Origin: the human T2T-CHM13v2.0 reference genome, Homo sapiens
Direction: 5' to 3' (one strand)
Length of the DNA: 64,000 nt
Assembly (NCBI RefSeq): GCF_009914755.1
Contig: NC_060932.1
The stretch's first letter is position 1, and each line of letters begins with the position of its first letter. The notes below the pieces were generated by a model that worked only from the letters and a program-made list of their open reading frames with translations, was not told the DNA's origin and did no database searches. The translations under genes were made by a program, and so were the position numbers. Of this stretch, positions 50,375 through 64,000 are shown one piece after another.

Positions 50375-50552
50375 GGCCATACAGCATAGTAGTTAAAAAT
50401 TCAAGCTTTGGGGTCAAGTAGGTTTGAATTTAGATTCATTCACCTAAAAGTTGTGTGATTTGGGGCAGATTACTTAACTGTGTGTCTGTATGTTTTTCCA
50501 TCTTTAAAATAAAAATAATAATATTTATATGAAAAAATTGCAAGGATTAAGT
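50375..50552 (+). mobile_element. MIR (3' remainder at about 52100-52150)
   Basis: AGCATAGTAGTTAA...TGTGTGATTTGGGGCAGATTACTTAAC. Confidence 0.7.
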
Positions 50553-50639
50553 ATATATATGTATGTATGTGTGCGTGTGGACATAGATGTTTATGTACTC
50601 ATGTGCATGAGCATATATGCTTATATGCACATATACATA

Positions 50640-52091
50640 TGAGCAGTCTTCAAAACATTTATGGAAAATGTGTATTATAAAAAAGAGCAGGAAAATAAAG
50701 AAGCAGGATCCTGAACTATGCGTGTATGTGATGAGGTGAGATTGAGGAGCAAAATGGATGTGTGAAAGGGTATATAAGAAAGAATGGCCCTTCTTGAACA
50801 GAATTTAAAAATGGATATGAAATTTTTATTGCATCAAAATAAACTCATACTATTTATAACATGTATAAACAGGATCTAGATTTAGGCACTAAGAAGGATA
50901 AGATATCAGTTTTAAAATAGCCCCTTTAGAGCAACATGCACTAAAATTGAAACAAGAACAAACATCAAATTCATGATGAATTTTGTTGGTAGAAGAATGT
51001 GGTGAAATCTCTGATTCTTTACAAAAAGTTTAGGGGGGACAATGCCCCAAAGACATTAGCAGTTTACAAATGGATAACTCAATTCAATAAGGAATGGGAT
51101 GATGTTGAAGATAAAACCTGCAGTGGCAGACCATCAACTGAATTTGTGAGAAAAAAAAATAATCTTGTTGATGCCCTAATTGAAGAGGACCAACAATTAA
51201 CAGCAGTAACAAACAATAGTCAACACCATAGACATCTCATCTGGTTCCACTTACAAAATTCTGATAGACAAATTAAAGTTATGTAAACTTTCCACTCAAT
51301 AGGTGCCAAAACCATTGCAAATCAGACAAGAGCAGAGCCTTCAATGGAAATTTTAAACATATAGGATCAAAATTTGGGAATTTTTTGAAGGATTATAACA
51401 GGAGATGAAACTTAACTTTACCAGTATAGCCCTGAAAACAAAGCACAATCAAAGCAATGGCTACTGAGAGGTGGAATTGATCCAGTCAAAGCGCAAGTGA
51501 ACCAGTCAAGAGCAAAGGTCATGGCAACCTTTGCACTTTTTGGAATACTCAAGGCATTTTTCTGGTTGACTTTCTGGAAGCCAAATAATGATAACATCTG
51601 CTTATTATTAGAGTGTTTAGAGAAAGTTAGCTAAAGCTTTAGCAGAAAAATGCCCAGCAAAGCCTCACCAGAGTCCTCCACCATGACAGTACACCTGTTC
51701 ATTCCTCTTAATAAACTGGTAATTTTGTGAGAATTCCAATGAGAAATGGTAGACACCTGCCTCACAGTCCTGACTTGGCTCCTTCTGACTTTTGTTTCCT
51801 CATTTTAAAAAAATGTTTATTATTTCCAAGGAATTTCCCTGAAAAAATAATTTAAATAAATAAGTAATCTTTAAAGGGCATCCATTTTTCTTCAATTAAT
51901 AATTTAAAAGATTGCACTGACATGGTTAAATTCTTAGGATCCTCGGTTCTTTAGAGATGGACTAAATGGCTGATATCATTATTTACAAAAGTAGCTTCAC
52001 CTTGATGGAGTTTATGATGAGAAATTAAGTTTATTTTTTTCTTTTTATCTTTTAATTTCATTTTTTCCACAAACTTTTCAAAGTCTCTTCA
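50640..52091 (+). mobile_element. Full-length decayed HSMAR2 mariner transposon
   Basis: Inverted ends (GTCTTCAAAACATTTATGGAAAA and TTTTCCACAAACTTTTCAAAG) flanked by TA; transposase motifs TGDET, *VPK, HHD and HSPDLAPSD, with stops. Confidence 0.9.
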
Positions 52092-52474
52092 TATATATAG
52101 TATTTACAATCATGCCTAAAACAAATTAAACCCTCAATGAGTATTTAATAAGGATAATAAACATAGTATGTTTATTGCATATTGTGCTGGGCTCTATATG
52201 CTTAAGGAATTTTTGATGCCTCCTTTTTCTAAAGTTTTCTTCATAGTTGATGGTTGAATTGTTTCAAATGCTTTTTGTTCATCTAATCAGATAATGATAT
52301 GCTTTTTGTTATTAATATTCCAAAATGGTGGTTTAAACTGATAGACTTTATGCCACTGAGCCATCTTTATATCCCAGGCTAGCAAAAAAATATAATGTGG
52401 TTATGATATTTTATTGTTATTGTCAATAATGCTGTTGTTGGTACACAATATTTAAAATATTTTAAAACAGTTCC

Positions 52475-52790
52475 ATTGAGTATAATTGATATATACAAAA
52501 TGGCACATATTTAATGTATACAATTTGGTGAGTTTGGACATATGCATATACTTATGGAAACATTATTACCACCAAGGCAATAGGTATTCATGACCCGCAA
52601 AAGTCTCCTTGCATCCTTCTGTTTTTGTGTGTGTGTGTGTGGTAAATATACTTACCATTACATCAAATCTCTTCACAGATGTTTAAGTGCATAGCACAGT
52701 GTTGTTAACTATAAGCACTATGCTATATAGCAGGTCTCTAGATCTAATTCATCTGGCATAACTGCAACTTTATAATTGAACAAGAAATCA
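52475..52790 (-). mobile_element. L1MA/MB 3' fragment
   Basis: ATTGAGTATAATTGA...CACATATTTAATGTATACAATTTGGTGAGTTTGGACA. Confidence 0.65.
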
Positions 52791-53384
52791 TTTCAGTTCA
52801 GCATAATTTATTCAAAAATATAGTGCTTATTCACAAATAATCTTTTCCATCCTTTTGGAAACAAGTTCTTCTCATAATATTTTGTTCATACAAATGTTAA
52901 TGATTTCTCCGTGATAGTCTTGCAAAAAGAAGACAGCTCCTGAACTATGTGTGTGTGTGATGGGGTGGGGCTGAGGAAAAAAATGGATGTGTGCAAGGGT
53001 TTATAAGCAAGAATGGCCCTTCCTGACCAGTAAGGGAAGTTCAGATTAATAAAGGAAACTTTACAATCTCCACATAAAACAGAAGAGCTATTTCCTGCAA
53101 TAAGACACTATCTACTCCATCAATGACCTAGGAATGGACGTAGATTGGTGTCTGCTGGAGACAGAAGTGCCCACATCAAAGAATCCTTGATTTGCATTGA
53201 TCATCATTAATCTCAGCAGGAAGTTGGACCATATACTAAGCTAATAGGTTAGTAACCACCTATAACCAATGACTTTGTTTTCATTATTGTACCACATATA
53301 CAATTGACAGTTATGAGACCAATTTAAATTGTGAGCTTTCAATGAAAAATTTACCCAGAGATTCTGCTCCAATCCCTTGACTGT

Positions 53385-53824
53385 TGTTATGTGCTGAGTT
53401 GTGTCTTCCCAAAAGATGTTGAAGTCCTAACCTCTGGTACCTGTGAATGTGACCTTATTTGGAAATAGGATTTTTGCAGATGTAATCAAGTTGAGACGAG
53501 GCCATTGGGGTGGATCTAATCCGGTATAACTGGTTTCCTTACAAGAAGCTGACACACAGTGAGGGAGACTGCCATTTGATGATGGAGGCAGAGACTGGAG
53601 TGAAGCATCTACAAATTAAGAAATGCCAAGGGTTGTAGGCAACCACCAGAAGCGGGGAGAGAGACATGGAACACTTTCCTTTTCAGAGGCCTCAGAAGAA
53701 ACTAACCTTGCTGACACGTTGATTTCATACTTCCAGCCTCCAGAACTGTAAGACCATAAATTTCTGTTGTTTTAAGCCGCCACTTTACACTGCTTTGTTC
53801 CAGCAGTCCTAGGAAGTTAACACA
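53385..53824 (+). mobile_element. MLT1B/C LTR
   Basis: GAATGTGACCTTATTTGGAAATAGG...CCAGCCTCCAGAACTG...AAATTTCTGTTGTTTTAAGCC. Confidence 0.85.
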
Positions 53825-54734
53825 GCCTTAGAAACCACTTCATGACACATTCCGTTCTCCCCTCTTCTTAAAATCTCAGTGGGCTTAGGTGATAACAGCA
53901 TATCTTTCTGACCATATTGTAGTCAGTTTCCTAGTTGCTTACTCTTTTTTTATTCACAGATGCAATAGACTTTAATCTATCACAGTAGCTTTTTAGTACA
54001 ATCAGCACAGGAAACACTGTCCAGCAAGCACAGCACATATTTTTTGGCTTTTATGGAGGGCATGCACAATTGTTAGGTGATGAGGCTAAGGTGTGTGATT
54101 TCACCTTGACATCTCCCAAACCTTCTGAAGTCATCTTCATACAGTCCCTTCACTTGTAGCTTCTAACACCTCTTTAGAGTCCGGCTTCTGTCCTTAGCAA
54201 TTGACAAGAACTGCATTTAGAAAACTATCTTGGAGAGTCCATTTGGTAACCAAATTCAGAGGTCTTTTCTTAGTCCCCAGCTTCCTTGAATTGTCTGTAG
54301 CATTGTATTTTCTTGAGTACTTTAATCTTGAAACTTTCTTTCCCTCTGATTTTCACAAAGTGCATTATTCTAATATCTCTATTATTGATTACCTATTTCA
54401 ATCAATGATTGCCTTTTTCCAGTGCCTTTCGCCTGCTAAATGAGACATTCCCCAATATTCTCCTCTCTTCTCTCTCTTACAGAAATGTTTTCACAAAAAT
54501 GTCTTCCCAATTGCTTGTGATTATTTTCTTTGCTGTCTTAGAACAATTAGTCTGTCCCATTTACATGGTACTTACAATTTTTTACTTTGATGGTAAGCAT
54601 GTCTGTGTGTACATCTTATATTCTTTTCTCTTCTCTTGTATTTCTACCACTTAGTTAAAAATTCATAGGGGTAACTCTCCTAAGCTACAGTGTCACTTCT
54701 GTTGTGTGCCAGACATTCCTGCTTAGATTTTACG

Positions 54735-55060
54735 TGTGTGTGTGTGTGTGTGAGTGTGTGTGTGTGTGTGTGTTTAGAGAGACAGGGTCTTGCTCTGTCC
54801 CCCAGGCTGGGGTGTAATGGTGTGATCATGGCTCACTGCAGCCTTGACCTCCTGGACTCATGCGATCCTCCCACCTCAGCCTCTGAGGTAGCTGGGACTG
54901 CAGTCACATGCCACCAGGCCTAGCAATTTTTTTTTCATTTTTTGTAGAGACAAGGTCTTGCTATGTTGCCCATGCTAGTCTTAAAGTCTTGACTGCAAGC
55001 AATTTTCTTTCTTTGGCTTCCCAAGTACTGGGATTATAGGCATGAGCCACCACACCTGGC
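54735..55060 (-). mobile_element. AluJ with a (TG)n microsatellite in place of the tail
   Basis: TG repeat at 54735-54773 abuts AGAGACAGGGTCTTGCTCTG. Confidence 0.9.
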
Positions 55061-55791
55061 ATCAAACTCAGAATATTTTAAATGGAATTGTCATCATTTC
55101 CTTATACTTCCAACTTGCATTTTCTCATCTTGACTGCCCTTGTTTTACTTTTATTTTTATTTTTGAAAATTAAGTGGTAGATTTTTAAGAAACAGTTTAT
55201 ATTGCCAAAAAAATTACTGGGTAAGATGTAAGGAATTACAGTATGTTTAGTTGAGTTTGGTTTACACAAAATATGCTTTCTGTAGAGAAAATCTTTATAA
55301 GAATTTCAGATAGTGCTATTTTTATATTAATTTTTATTTATTATTTTTTATTTTTGTTTATTTTTATTAATTTTTATTTATATTAATTTTTATATTTGTA
55401 TTTCAATAAGTTTTGGGGGAACAGATGATATTTGGTTACATGAATAAGTTCTTTAGTGGTGATTTCTGAGATTTTGGTGCACCCATCACTGAAGAGTGTA
55501 CACTGTACCAAATGTGAAGTCTTTTCTCCCTAAACCCCTCCCACCTTTTCCCCCAAGTTCCCAAAGTACACTGTATCATTCTTGTGCCCTGGAGTCCTTA
55601 TAGCTTAGTTCCCACATATGATGTTTGGTTTTCCATTCCTGAGTTACTTCATTTAGAATAATGATCTCCTTTTCTATCCAGGTTACTGCAAATACCGTTA
55701 TTTCATTCCTATTTATGGCCAGGTAGTATTCCATGATATATATATGTGAGATATATATATCTCACATTTTCTTTATCCACTCATTGACTGA

Positions 55792-56117
<326 letters not shown>

Positions 56118-56639
56118 CCATCTTTTTGCAATTGCAAATTGTGCTGCTATAAACAGACAAATGTAAGTATCTTTTTCATATAATGACTTTTTTTCCTCTG
56201 GGTAGATACCAAGTCATGGGATTGCTGGATCAAATGATAGATCTACTTTTAATTCTGTAAGGACTCTCCACACTGTTTTCCATAGTGGTTGTAGTAGTTT
56301 ATATTCCAACCAACAGTGTAAAAGTGTTCCCTTTTCACCACATTCAAGCCAACATCTATTTTTTTATTTGTTGATTATGGCCATTATTGAAGAAGTAAGA
56401 CAGTATCACATTGTGGTTTTGATTTGCATTTACCTGATCATTAGTGATGTTGAGAATGTTTTCATGTTTGTTGGCTTTTTGTGTATCTTCTTTCGAGAAT
56501 TGTCTATTCATGTCCTTAGCTCACTTTTTGATGAGATTGTTTGTTTTTTACTTGCTAATTTGTTTGAGTTCATTGTAGATTCTGGATATTAGTCCTTTGT
56601 TAGATGTATAAATTGTGAAGATTTTCTCCCACTCTCTGA

Positions 56640-57007
<368 letters not shown>

Positions 57008-60000
57008 TCTTTTTGTTACATTTATTTTTGAGTTTTTGGTCATGAAGTCTTTGCCTAACCTCATGTCTAGAAGGGTTATTCCAATGTTGTCTTTTAGAAT
57101 TTTTATAGTTTCAGGTTTTAGGTTTAAGTCTTTGACCCATTTTGAGTTGACTTATGTATAAGGTGAGAGATGAGGATCTAGTTTCATTCTTCTACATGTG
57201 ACTTGCCAATTATCCTATCACCATTTGTTGAATAGGTGTCCTTTCCCCACTTTATGTTTTTGTTTGCTTTGTTGAAGATTACTTGGCTGTAAGTATTTGG
57301 GTTTATTTCTGGGTTCTCTATTCTGTTCTATTTGTCTGTATGCCTATTTTTATATGAGAACCGTGTTGTTTTGGTGACTATGGCCTTATAGTACAGTTGG
57401 AAGTCGAGTAATATGCTGCCTTCAGATTTGTTCTTTTTGCATAGTCTTGCTTTGGCTATGGGGGCTCTTTTTTAGTTCCATATGAATTTTAGGATTATAT
57501 TTTCTAGTTCTGTGGAGAATGATGTGATATTTTGATGGGAATTTTCTTGAATTTGTAGACTGCTTTTGGTAGTATGGTCATTTTCACAATATTAATTGTA
57601 CCCATCTAGGAGCAGGGGATGTGTTTACATTTATTTGTGTTGTCTATGATTTCTTTCAGCAGTTTTCCTTGTAGATGCCTTTCACTTCCTTGGTTAGGTA
57701 TATTCCTAAGTGTTTTATTTATTTATTTTTTTGCAGCTATTGTAAAAGGAGTTGAGTTCTTGATTTGATTCTCAGCTTGGACGCTGTTGGTGGTATAGCA
57801 GAGCTACTGATTTGTGTACATTAATTTTGTATTCTGAAACTTTGCTGAATTCATTTATCAGTTCTAGCAGCTTTTTGGAGGAGTCTTTAGGATTTTCTAG
57901 GTATACAATCATATCATCAGCAAACAGTGACAGTTTGATTTCCTGTTTATTAATTCGGATGCCCTTGATTTCTTTCTCTTAACTGATTCCTCTAGCTAGG
58001 ACTTCCAGTACTATGTTGAATAGAAGTGGTGAAAGTGGGCATCCTTATCTTGTTTCAGTTCTCAAGAGGAATGCTTTCAACTTTTTTATTCAGTATAATG
58101 TTGGCTATGGGTTTGTCACAGATGGCTTTTATTGCCTTAAGGTATGTCCCTTCTATGACGATTTTGCTGAGGGTTTTAATCATAAAGGGATGCCGGATTT
58201 TGTAAAATGCTTTTTCTGCATCTATTGACATAATCATGCTATTTTTGTTTTTAATTCTGTTTATGTGGTGTATCACACTTATTAACTGGCGTATGTTAAA
58301 CCATCCCTGCATCTCTGGTATGAAACCCACTTGATCATGGTGGACTAGATTTTTAATATGCTGTTGGATTCAGTTAGCTAGTATTTTGTTGAGGATTTTT
58401 GCCTCTGTGTTCATCAGGGATATTGGTCTGTAATTTTCTTTTTTTTATATGTCCTTCCCTGGTTTTTGCTATTATGGTGATACTGGCTTCATAGAATTAT
58501 TTAAGGAGGATTCCCTTTTTCTCTATCTTTTGGAATAATGTCAATAGGATTAGTACCAATTCTTCTTTGAATGTCTTATAGAATTCAACTGTGAATCCAT
58601 CTGGTCCTGGGCTTTTTTGTTGTTGTTTTTGGCAACTTTAAAATTACCATTTCCATCTTGCTGCTTGTTATTGGTCTGTTCAGAGTTTCTATTTCAGTCT
58701 GTTTTAATCTAGGAGGGCTGTATATTTCCAGGAATTTATCCATCTCCTCTAGGTTTTCTAGTTTATGTAAAGATGTTCATAGTAAAGGTGTTCATATAAA
58801 GATGTTCATAGTGGCCTTGAGTGATCTTTTGTATTTCTGTGGTATCAATTGTAATAACCCCCACTTCATTTCTAATTGAGCTTCTTCAGATGTTCTCTCT
58901 TCTTTTCTTGGTTAATCTTGCTAATGACTATAAATTTTATTTATCTTTTCAAATAACCAGCTTTTTGTTTCATTTATGTTTTGTAATTTATTTTGTTTTC
59001 CATTTCATTCAGTTCTGCTCTGATCTTTTTTTGTTGCTGTTTGTTTGTTTTTTCTGTTACATTTGGGTTTGGTTTGCTCTTGTTTCTCTAGTTCCTTGAC
59101 GTGTGACCTTAGATTGTCTATTCATGCCCTTTCAGACTTAGTTAAATAGGCATTTGATGCTGTGAACTTTTCTCTTAATACTGCTTTTGCTGTATCCCAG
59201 AGGTTTTGATAAGTTGTGTCACCATTATTGGTCAGTTCAAAGAATTTTTACATTTCCATCTTGATTTCATTGCTGATCCAATGATCATTCAGGAGCGAGT
59301 TATTTAATTTCCATGTATTTGCATAGTTTTGCGGATGCCTTTTGGAGTTGATTTCCAATTTTATTCCACTATGGTCTGAAAGAGTATTTGATATAATTTC
59401 AATTTTCCTAAATTTGTTGAGAATTCTTTTGTGGCCTATTATATGTTCTATCTTGCAGAATGTTCCATGTGCTGGTGAAAAGAATGTATATTCTGCAGTT
59501 GTTGGGTAGAATGTTCTCTAAATATCTGTTAAGTCCATTTGTTGTAAGATATAGTTTAAGTCCATTGCTTCTTTGTTGACTTTCTGTCTTGATGACCTGC
59601 CTAGTGCTGTCAGTGGAGTATCAAAGTCCTCCACTATTATTGTATTGTGGTCTGTCTAATTTCTTAGGTCTAGTGGTAATTGTTTTATAACTTTGGGAGC
59701 TCCAGTGTTAGGTGCATATGTATTTAGGATTGTGATACTTTCCTGCTGGACTAGTCATTTTATCATTATATAATTTCCCTCTTTGTCTTTTTAACTGCTG
59801 TTGCTTTAAAGTTTGTTTTGTCTACTCCTGTTCACTTTTGGTGTCTATTTGCTTGCAATATCTTTTTCCACCCCTTTACCTTAAGTTTATGTGAGTCCTT
59901 ATGTGTCAAGTGAGTCTCTTGAAGACAGCATATACGTAGTTAATAAATTCTTACACATTCTGACACTCCGTATCTTTTAAGTGGCGCATTTAGGCCATTT

Positions 60001-63000
60001 ACATTCAATGTTAGTATTGAGATGTACTATTATATTCATTGTGCTATTTGCTGCCTGAATACTTGTGTTTTTTTTGAATTGTGTTATGGTTTTATAGGTC
60101 CTGTGAAATTTATGCTTTAAGGAGGTTCTATTTTGGTGTGTGTTGAAAATTTGTTTCAAGATTTAGAGCTCCTCTTAGCAGTGCTCATAGTGCTGGCTTG
60201 GTAGTGGTGAATTCTCTCAGCATTTATTTTAAAAAGATGGTATCCTTCATTTATGAATCTTAGCATCACTGGATACAAAATTCTTGGCTGATAATTGTTT
60301 TGTTTAAGGAGGCTAAAGATAGGGTCCCAATTCTTTCTAGCTTGTAGGGTTTCTGCTGACAAATCTGCTGTTAATCTGATAGGTTTTCCTTTATAAGTTA
60401 CCTGATGCTTTTGCCTCACAGCCATTAAGAGTCTTTCCTTCATCTTGACTTTAGATAACCCAATAACTATGTGCCAAGGTGAGGATCTTTTTTTCAATGA
60501 ATTTCTTAGGTGTTCTTTGAGCTTCTTGTATTTGGATGTCTAGATCTCTAGAAAGACTGGGGAAGTTTTCCTTGATTATTCCCTCAAATATGTTTTCCAA
60601 ACTTTTAGATTTCTCTTCTTCCTCGGGAACACCAGTTATTCTTAGGTTTGGTTATTTAACATAATCCCAAACTTCTTGGAGGCTTTGCTCATTTTTTAAA
60701 ATTCTTCTTTGTCTTTGTTGGATTGGGTTAATTTGAATGCCTTGTCTTCAAGCTCTGAAGTTATTTCTTCTACTTGTTTGATTCTATTGCTGAGGATTTC
60801 CAGTGCATTTTTCATTTCTGTAAGTGTGTCCTTCATCTCCAGAAGTTGTGATTTTTTAAATTTATGTTTTCTATTTCACTGGAGATTTTTCCATTGATAT
60901 CCTGTATCATATTTTGGATTTCTTTAAGTTGAACTTTACCTTTCTCTGGTTCCTTTTTGATTAGCTTAATAATAACCTTCTGAATTCTTTTTCTGGCAAT
61001 TAAGAGATTACATCTTGATTTGGATCCATTGCTGTTGAGCTAGTGTGATCTTTTGGGGGTGTTAAAGAACCTTGTTTTGTCATATTATCAGAATTGTTTT
61101 TCTGGTTCCTTCTCATTTGGGTAAACTAGATCAGAGGGAAGATCTGGGACTCAAGGGCTTCTGTTCAGATTCCTTTGTCCCACAGGGTGCTCCCTTGATT
61201 TGGTGCTCTCCCCTTCCCTTAAGGATGGGGCTTCCTGAGAGGCAAACTACAGAGATTGTTATTTCTCTTCTGGATCTAGCCACTCAATGGAGCTACTGAG
61301 CTCTGGGCTGGTACTGGGGAGTGTCTGCAAAGAGTCCTGTAATGTGATCTGTCTTCATGTTTTTCAGCCATAGATACCAGCACCTGCTCCGCTGGAGTTA
61401 GCAGGGGAGTGAAGTGGACTCTGTGAATGTCCTTGGTTGTTTTTTTGTTAATGGCACTGGTTGTGTGTTGGTCGGCCTCCATCCAGGAGGTGACACTATC
61501 AACAGTGTATCAGCTGCAGTAGTATAGGGAGGATACAAGCTTCCCTTAGGGTCAGGTGGTGGGTGGGGTCATAGAGTTCCCAAGAGATTATATCCTTTGT
61601 CTTTGGCTATCAAGGTGGGTAGAGAAGGACCATCAGGTGGGGGAAGAGTTAAGCCTGTCTCAGCTCAGACTCTCCTTGGGCAGGGCTTGCTGCAGTTGCT
61701 GTGGGGGTTGGGGATGTGGTTCCCAGGCCAATGGAGTTATGTTCCTAGGGGGATTACGGCTGCATCACACAAGTCACCAGGGAAGTCGGGGAAAAGCTGG
61801 TAGCCATAGGCCTCACTCAGCTCCAATGCAGCCGGCAGCCTGAAAGGCTGGTCTCACTCCCACTGTGCCCCTTTAACAGCACTGAGTTTATTTCCAGGCA
61901 GCTAGTGAGCAGGGCACAGAACTTGCCCCAGGCTACAAGCCTCCCAGCTGAGAAAGTAAGCTGACTCACAATTCCTTAGCTGTCCCACAGAGCCTGCGGC
62001 AGCAATCCACCTCCTTTAAAGGGTCTGCGGATTCTCTTGGCTTTCCTGGTATGTTCCTATGGTGGTTCTTGGAGCAAAGGTTTATGATGTGGGTCTCCAC
62101 ACACTGCTCTGTTTGTCCAAGTGGGAGCTGCAAGTTAGTCCTGCTTCCTATCTGCCATTTTCCTCCCATCTGTTGCTTACTATTCATTCATTCCTGGCTA
62201 ATTTCAGATAATCGCTGAAGAAGGATACCAACATTTCTTTTAGTTTTTGACTGCATTACATTACTCTTCTAATATGCTATAACATGACACTTTCTGTTTT
62301 TTTCCCTTCTTGGAGGGAGCGATGGCTTCCATACAAAGTCTTATATGAATTTTTCCACTGATTTTTTCTTTTATAAGGCAGGGATACCTTCAAAATGTAA
62401 TTATCAGCTTCCAAAATTCTTGATGAGTCTGTTACAAATACCAAAATCTGTCCAGAGAGAAAAAATTGCCCATGAGATTAGCCTGTTACACTTTAATCTG
62501 GCTCCTTGCCAATGGTTTTCTATGGAATTTGGGTCAGATCATTTAATCTTCCTGTACCTCAATTTAATAATATTGATTTACCTTACTGGGCTGTCCTGAA
62601 GATTAAGTAATATTGAATTGAAAAACATTTGGAAAATACAAGGATGAATGTAAAGGTTAAAAAAGAATGACCCCTCTTGACCAGAGAGGGAAGTTCAGGT
62701 CTTGATTAATTCACATGACTATCTAGCCACATGCCATTCTCAAGGAATTCCTCTTGCAAGAAACAGACTATTCATTAAATTTGGAGCAATAGAAAGTCAC
62801 CTTGTGAGATAAGATTGTTATATCTCTTGCTGACTTCAAATTATCCACATTTCGGTCACTATATTAATGATAATAGCAGGATAAAACAATGTTTCTGCTT
62901 TTATACATTGTATATTCCCATTACTGTTTTTCAGAAGTACTTATTAGAGGAAAAACTGCCAGAATTTACCATGGTCCTAAGGCATAATATACTACAGCTC

Positions 63001-64000
63001 TGAAAGTAATAGACAGACTCTATGTTTAGAGTAACTGAGATGTCTCCTCTGTTTGATTTCTATGGATATTTTATCATTTGGGGAGCAAAATGGGTCATTA
63101 TAATTCATTTCACATCCTAATTTTCATGGCTTAAGGTAGTTTATCTTCAAGAGTATACAGATTGGGCCATCAAGATCTGCCCAGATAATGGAATATATAA
63201 GTCATGTTCTTTTGTTATTTCATTTTAAGAGGAGTTTGTTCACTGCTGCTTCATTCTGTGCCCTGGTTGAACACTGTTATTGCATACAACTCTGAAGTTA
63301 ATTTTTATTTGCTAACTTATTTTATTTGCTTATTTGTGCAGCTGTATTAATGGCCGATTTCTCTTTCAAGGCCCTTGGATCAGGATATTAAGGAGAAAAA
63401 AATGGTGAACCTAGCCAACATTCCATCCTTCCAATCATCAGAGGTGAGATGGTTATAATGCTTCCTCTTTGAGGAGGGAAGGCAGTATAACGTGAAGCCA
63501 AGGACTCAGTGGTAGGCGTGGAATGGCTTTGCGAAATCCCTGATTCTTGGTTGCCCCTTTGAGTTTCCATGTTTCCTGTTGGCTTTAAGGCAGTCTCTAA
63601 ATTATCATGACCTTTCCTGTGTTGTCGCTTAACACTGTAGCTTGTTAAGTCCTAGAGAAGATGTGTGGGTTATCCTCCTATTCCTTACCTGTAGGAGATA
63701 CTTGGCTGTGGTAACCTGTCAGGACTCAGGGCCTCTTGTGGGTCACTTGTGGAAGCAATCTGACTAGAGGTGAGAGGTGACAAGCCTGTCTTCACTTTTT
63801 AGAGCCATGAGTGTTGGGCTCTCCATCTGACATCACCCCCTACCCTGCATCCTGAGAAGGGGCTCCCTGTGAGAGCCTGCTCTTCTGTGCTGTTCTCTGA
63901 AAATACCTTCTCTTCTTTCCTTACACTTTCCAAACTTTACTAACAGAGAATTTGCAGCATCTTGAAGATCTCTAATCAATCTGATGTTAGTGTAAATAAC

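Larger units (their letters stand above)
48500..52450 (-). mobile_element. Ancient L1ME-like element, interrupted by a MIR and HSMAR2
   Basis: Degenerate L1 motifs such as ACAATGTTGAATAATAGGGGTGAC...GGCATCCTTG; resumes after about 52160. Confidence 0.6.

Noticed and set aside
50999-51990. Active or domesticated mariner transposase
   Set aside because: Multiple stops and frameshifts, including in the WVP and DETW motifs.

Overview
Primate (human or great-ape-like) genomic DNA, AT-rich and dominated by transposable elements, with no recognisable host protein-coding exon, RNA gene or CRISPR. It holds two full-length, inactivated plus-strand L1PA5/6-like LINE-1s (54-6293 and 30145-36131), a near-full-length older L1 (L1PA15/16-like) and a full-length L1PB on the minus strand. 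There are also several truncated L1s, about ten Alus, MaLR/ERVL LTRs, an ERVL integrase relic, L2/MIR fragments, a MER5A and a full-length decayed HSMAR2 mariner. Nearly all listed ORFs are L1, Alu or mariner fragments or chance ORFs. I do not see a new gene system. The most interesting signals are evolutionary and mechanistic: the two L1s share many non-canonical substitutions yet have different TSDs; the first carries a patch of younger-subfamily sequence and a perfect 90-bp tandem duplication; two local templated insertions both lie about 2.23 kb from their source; and there is a short L1 3' transduction, a twin-primed inversion and one target site used by two successive Alus. Subfamily names come from recalled consensus features, not alignments.
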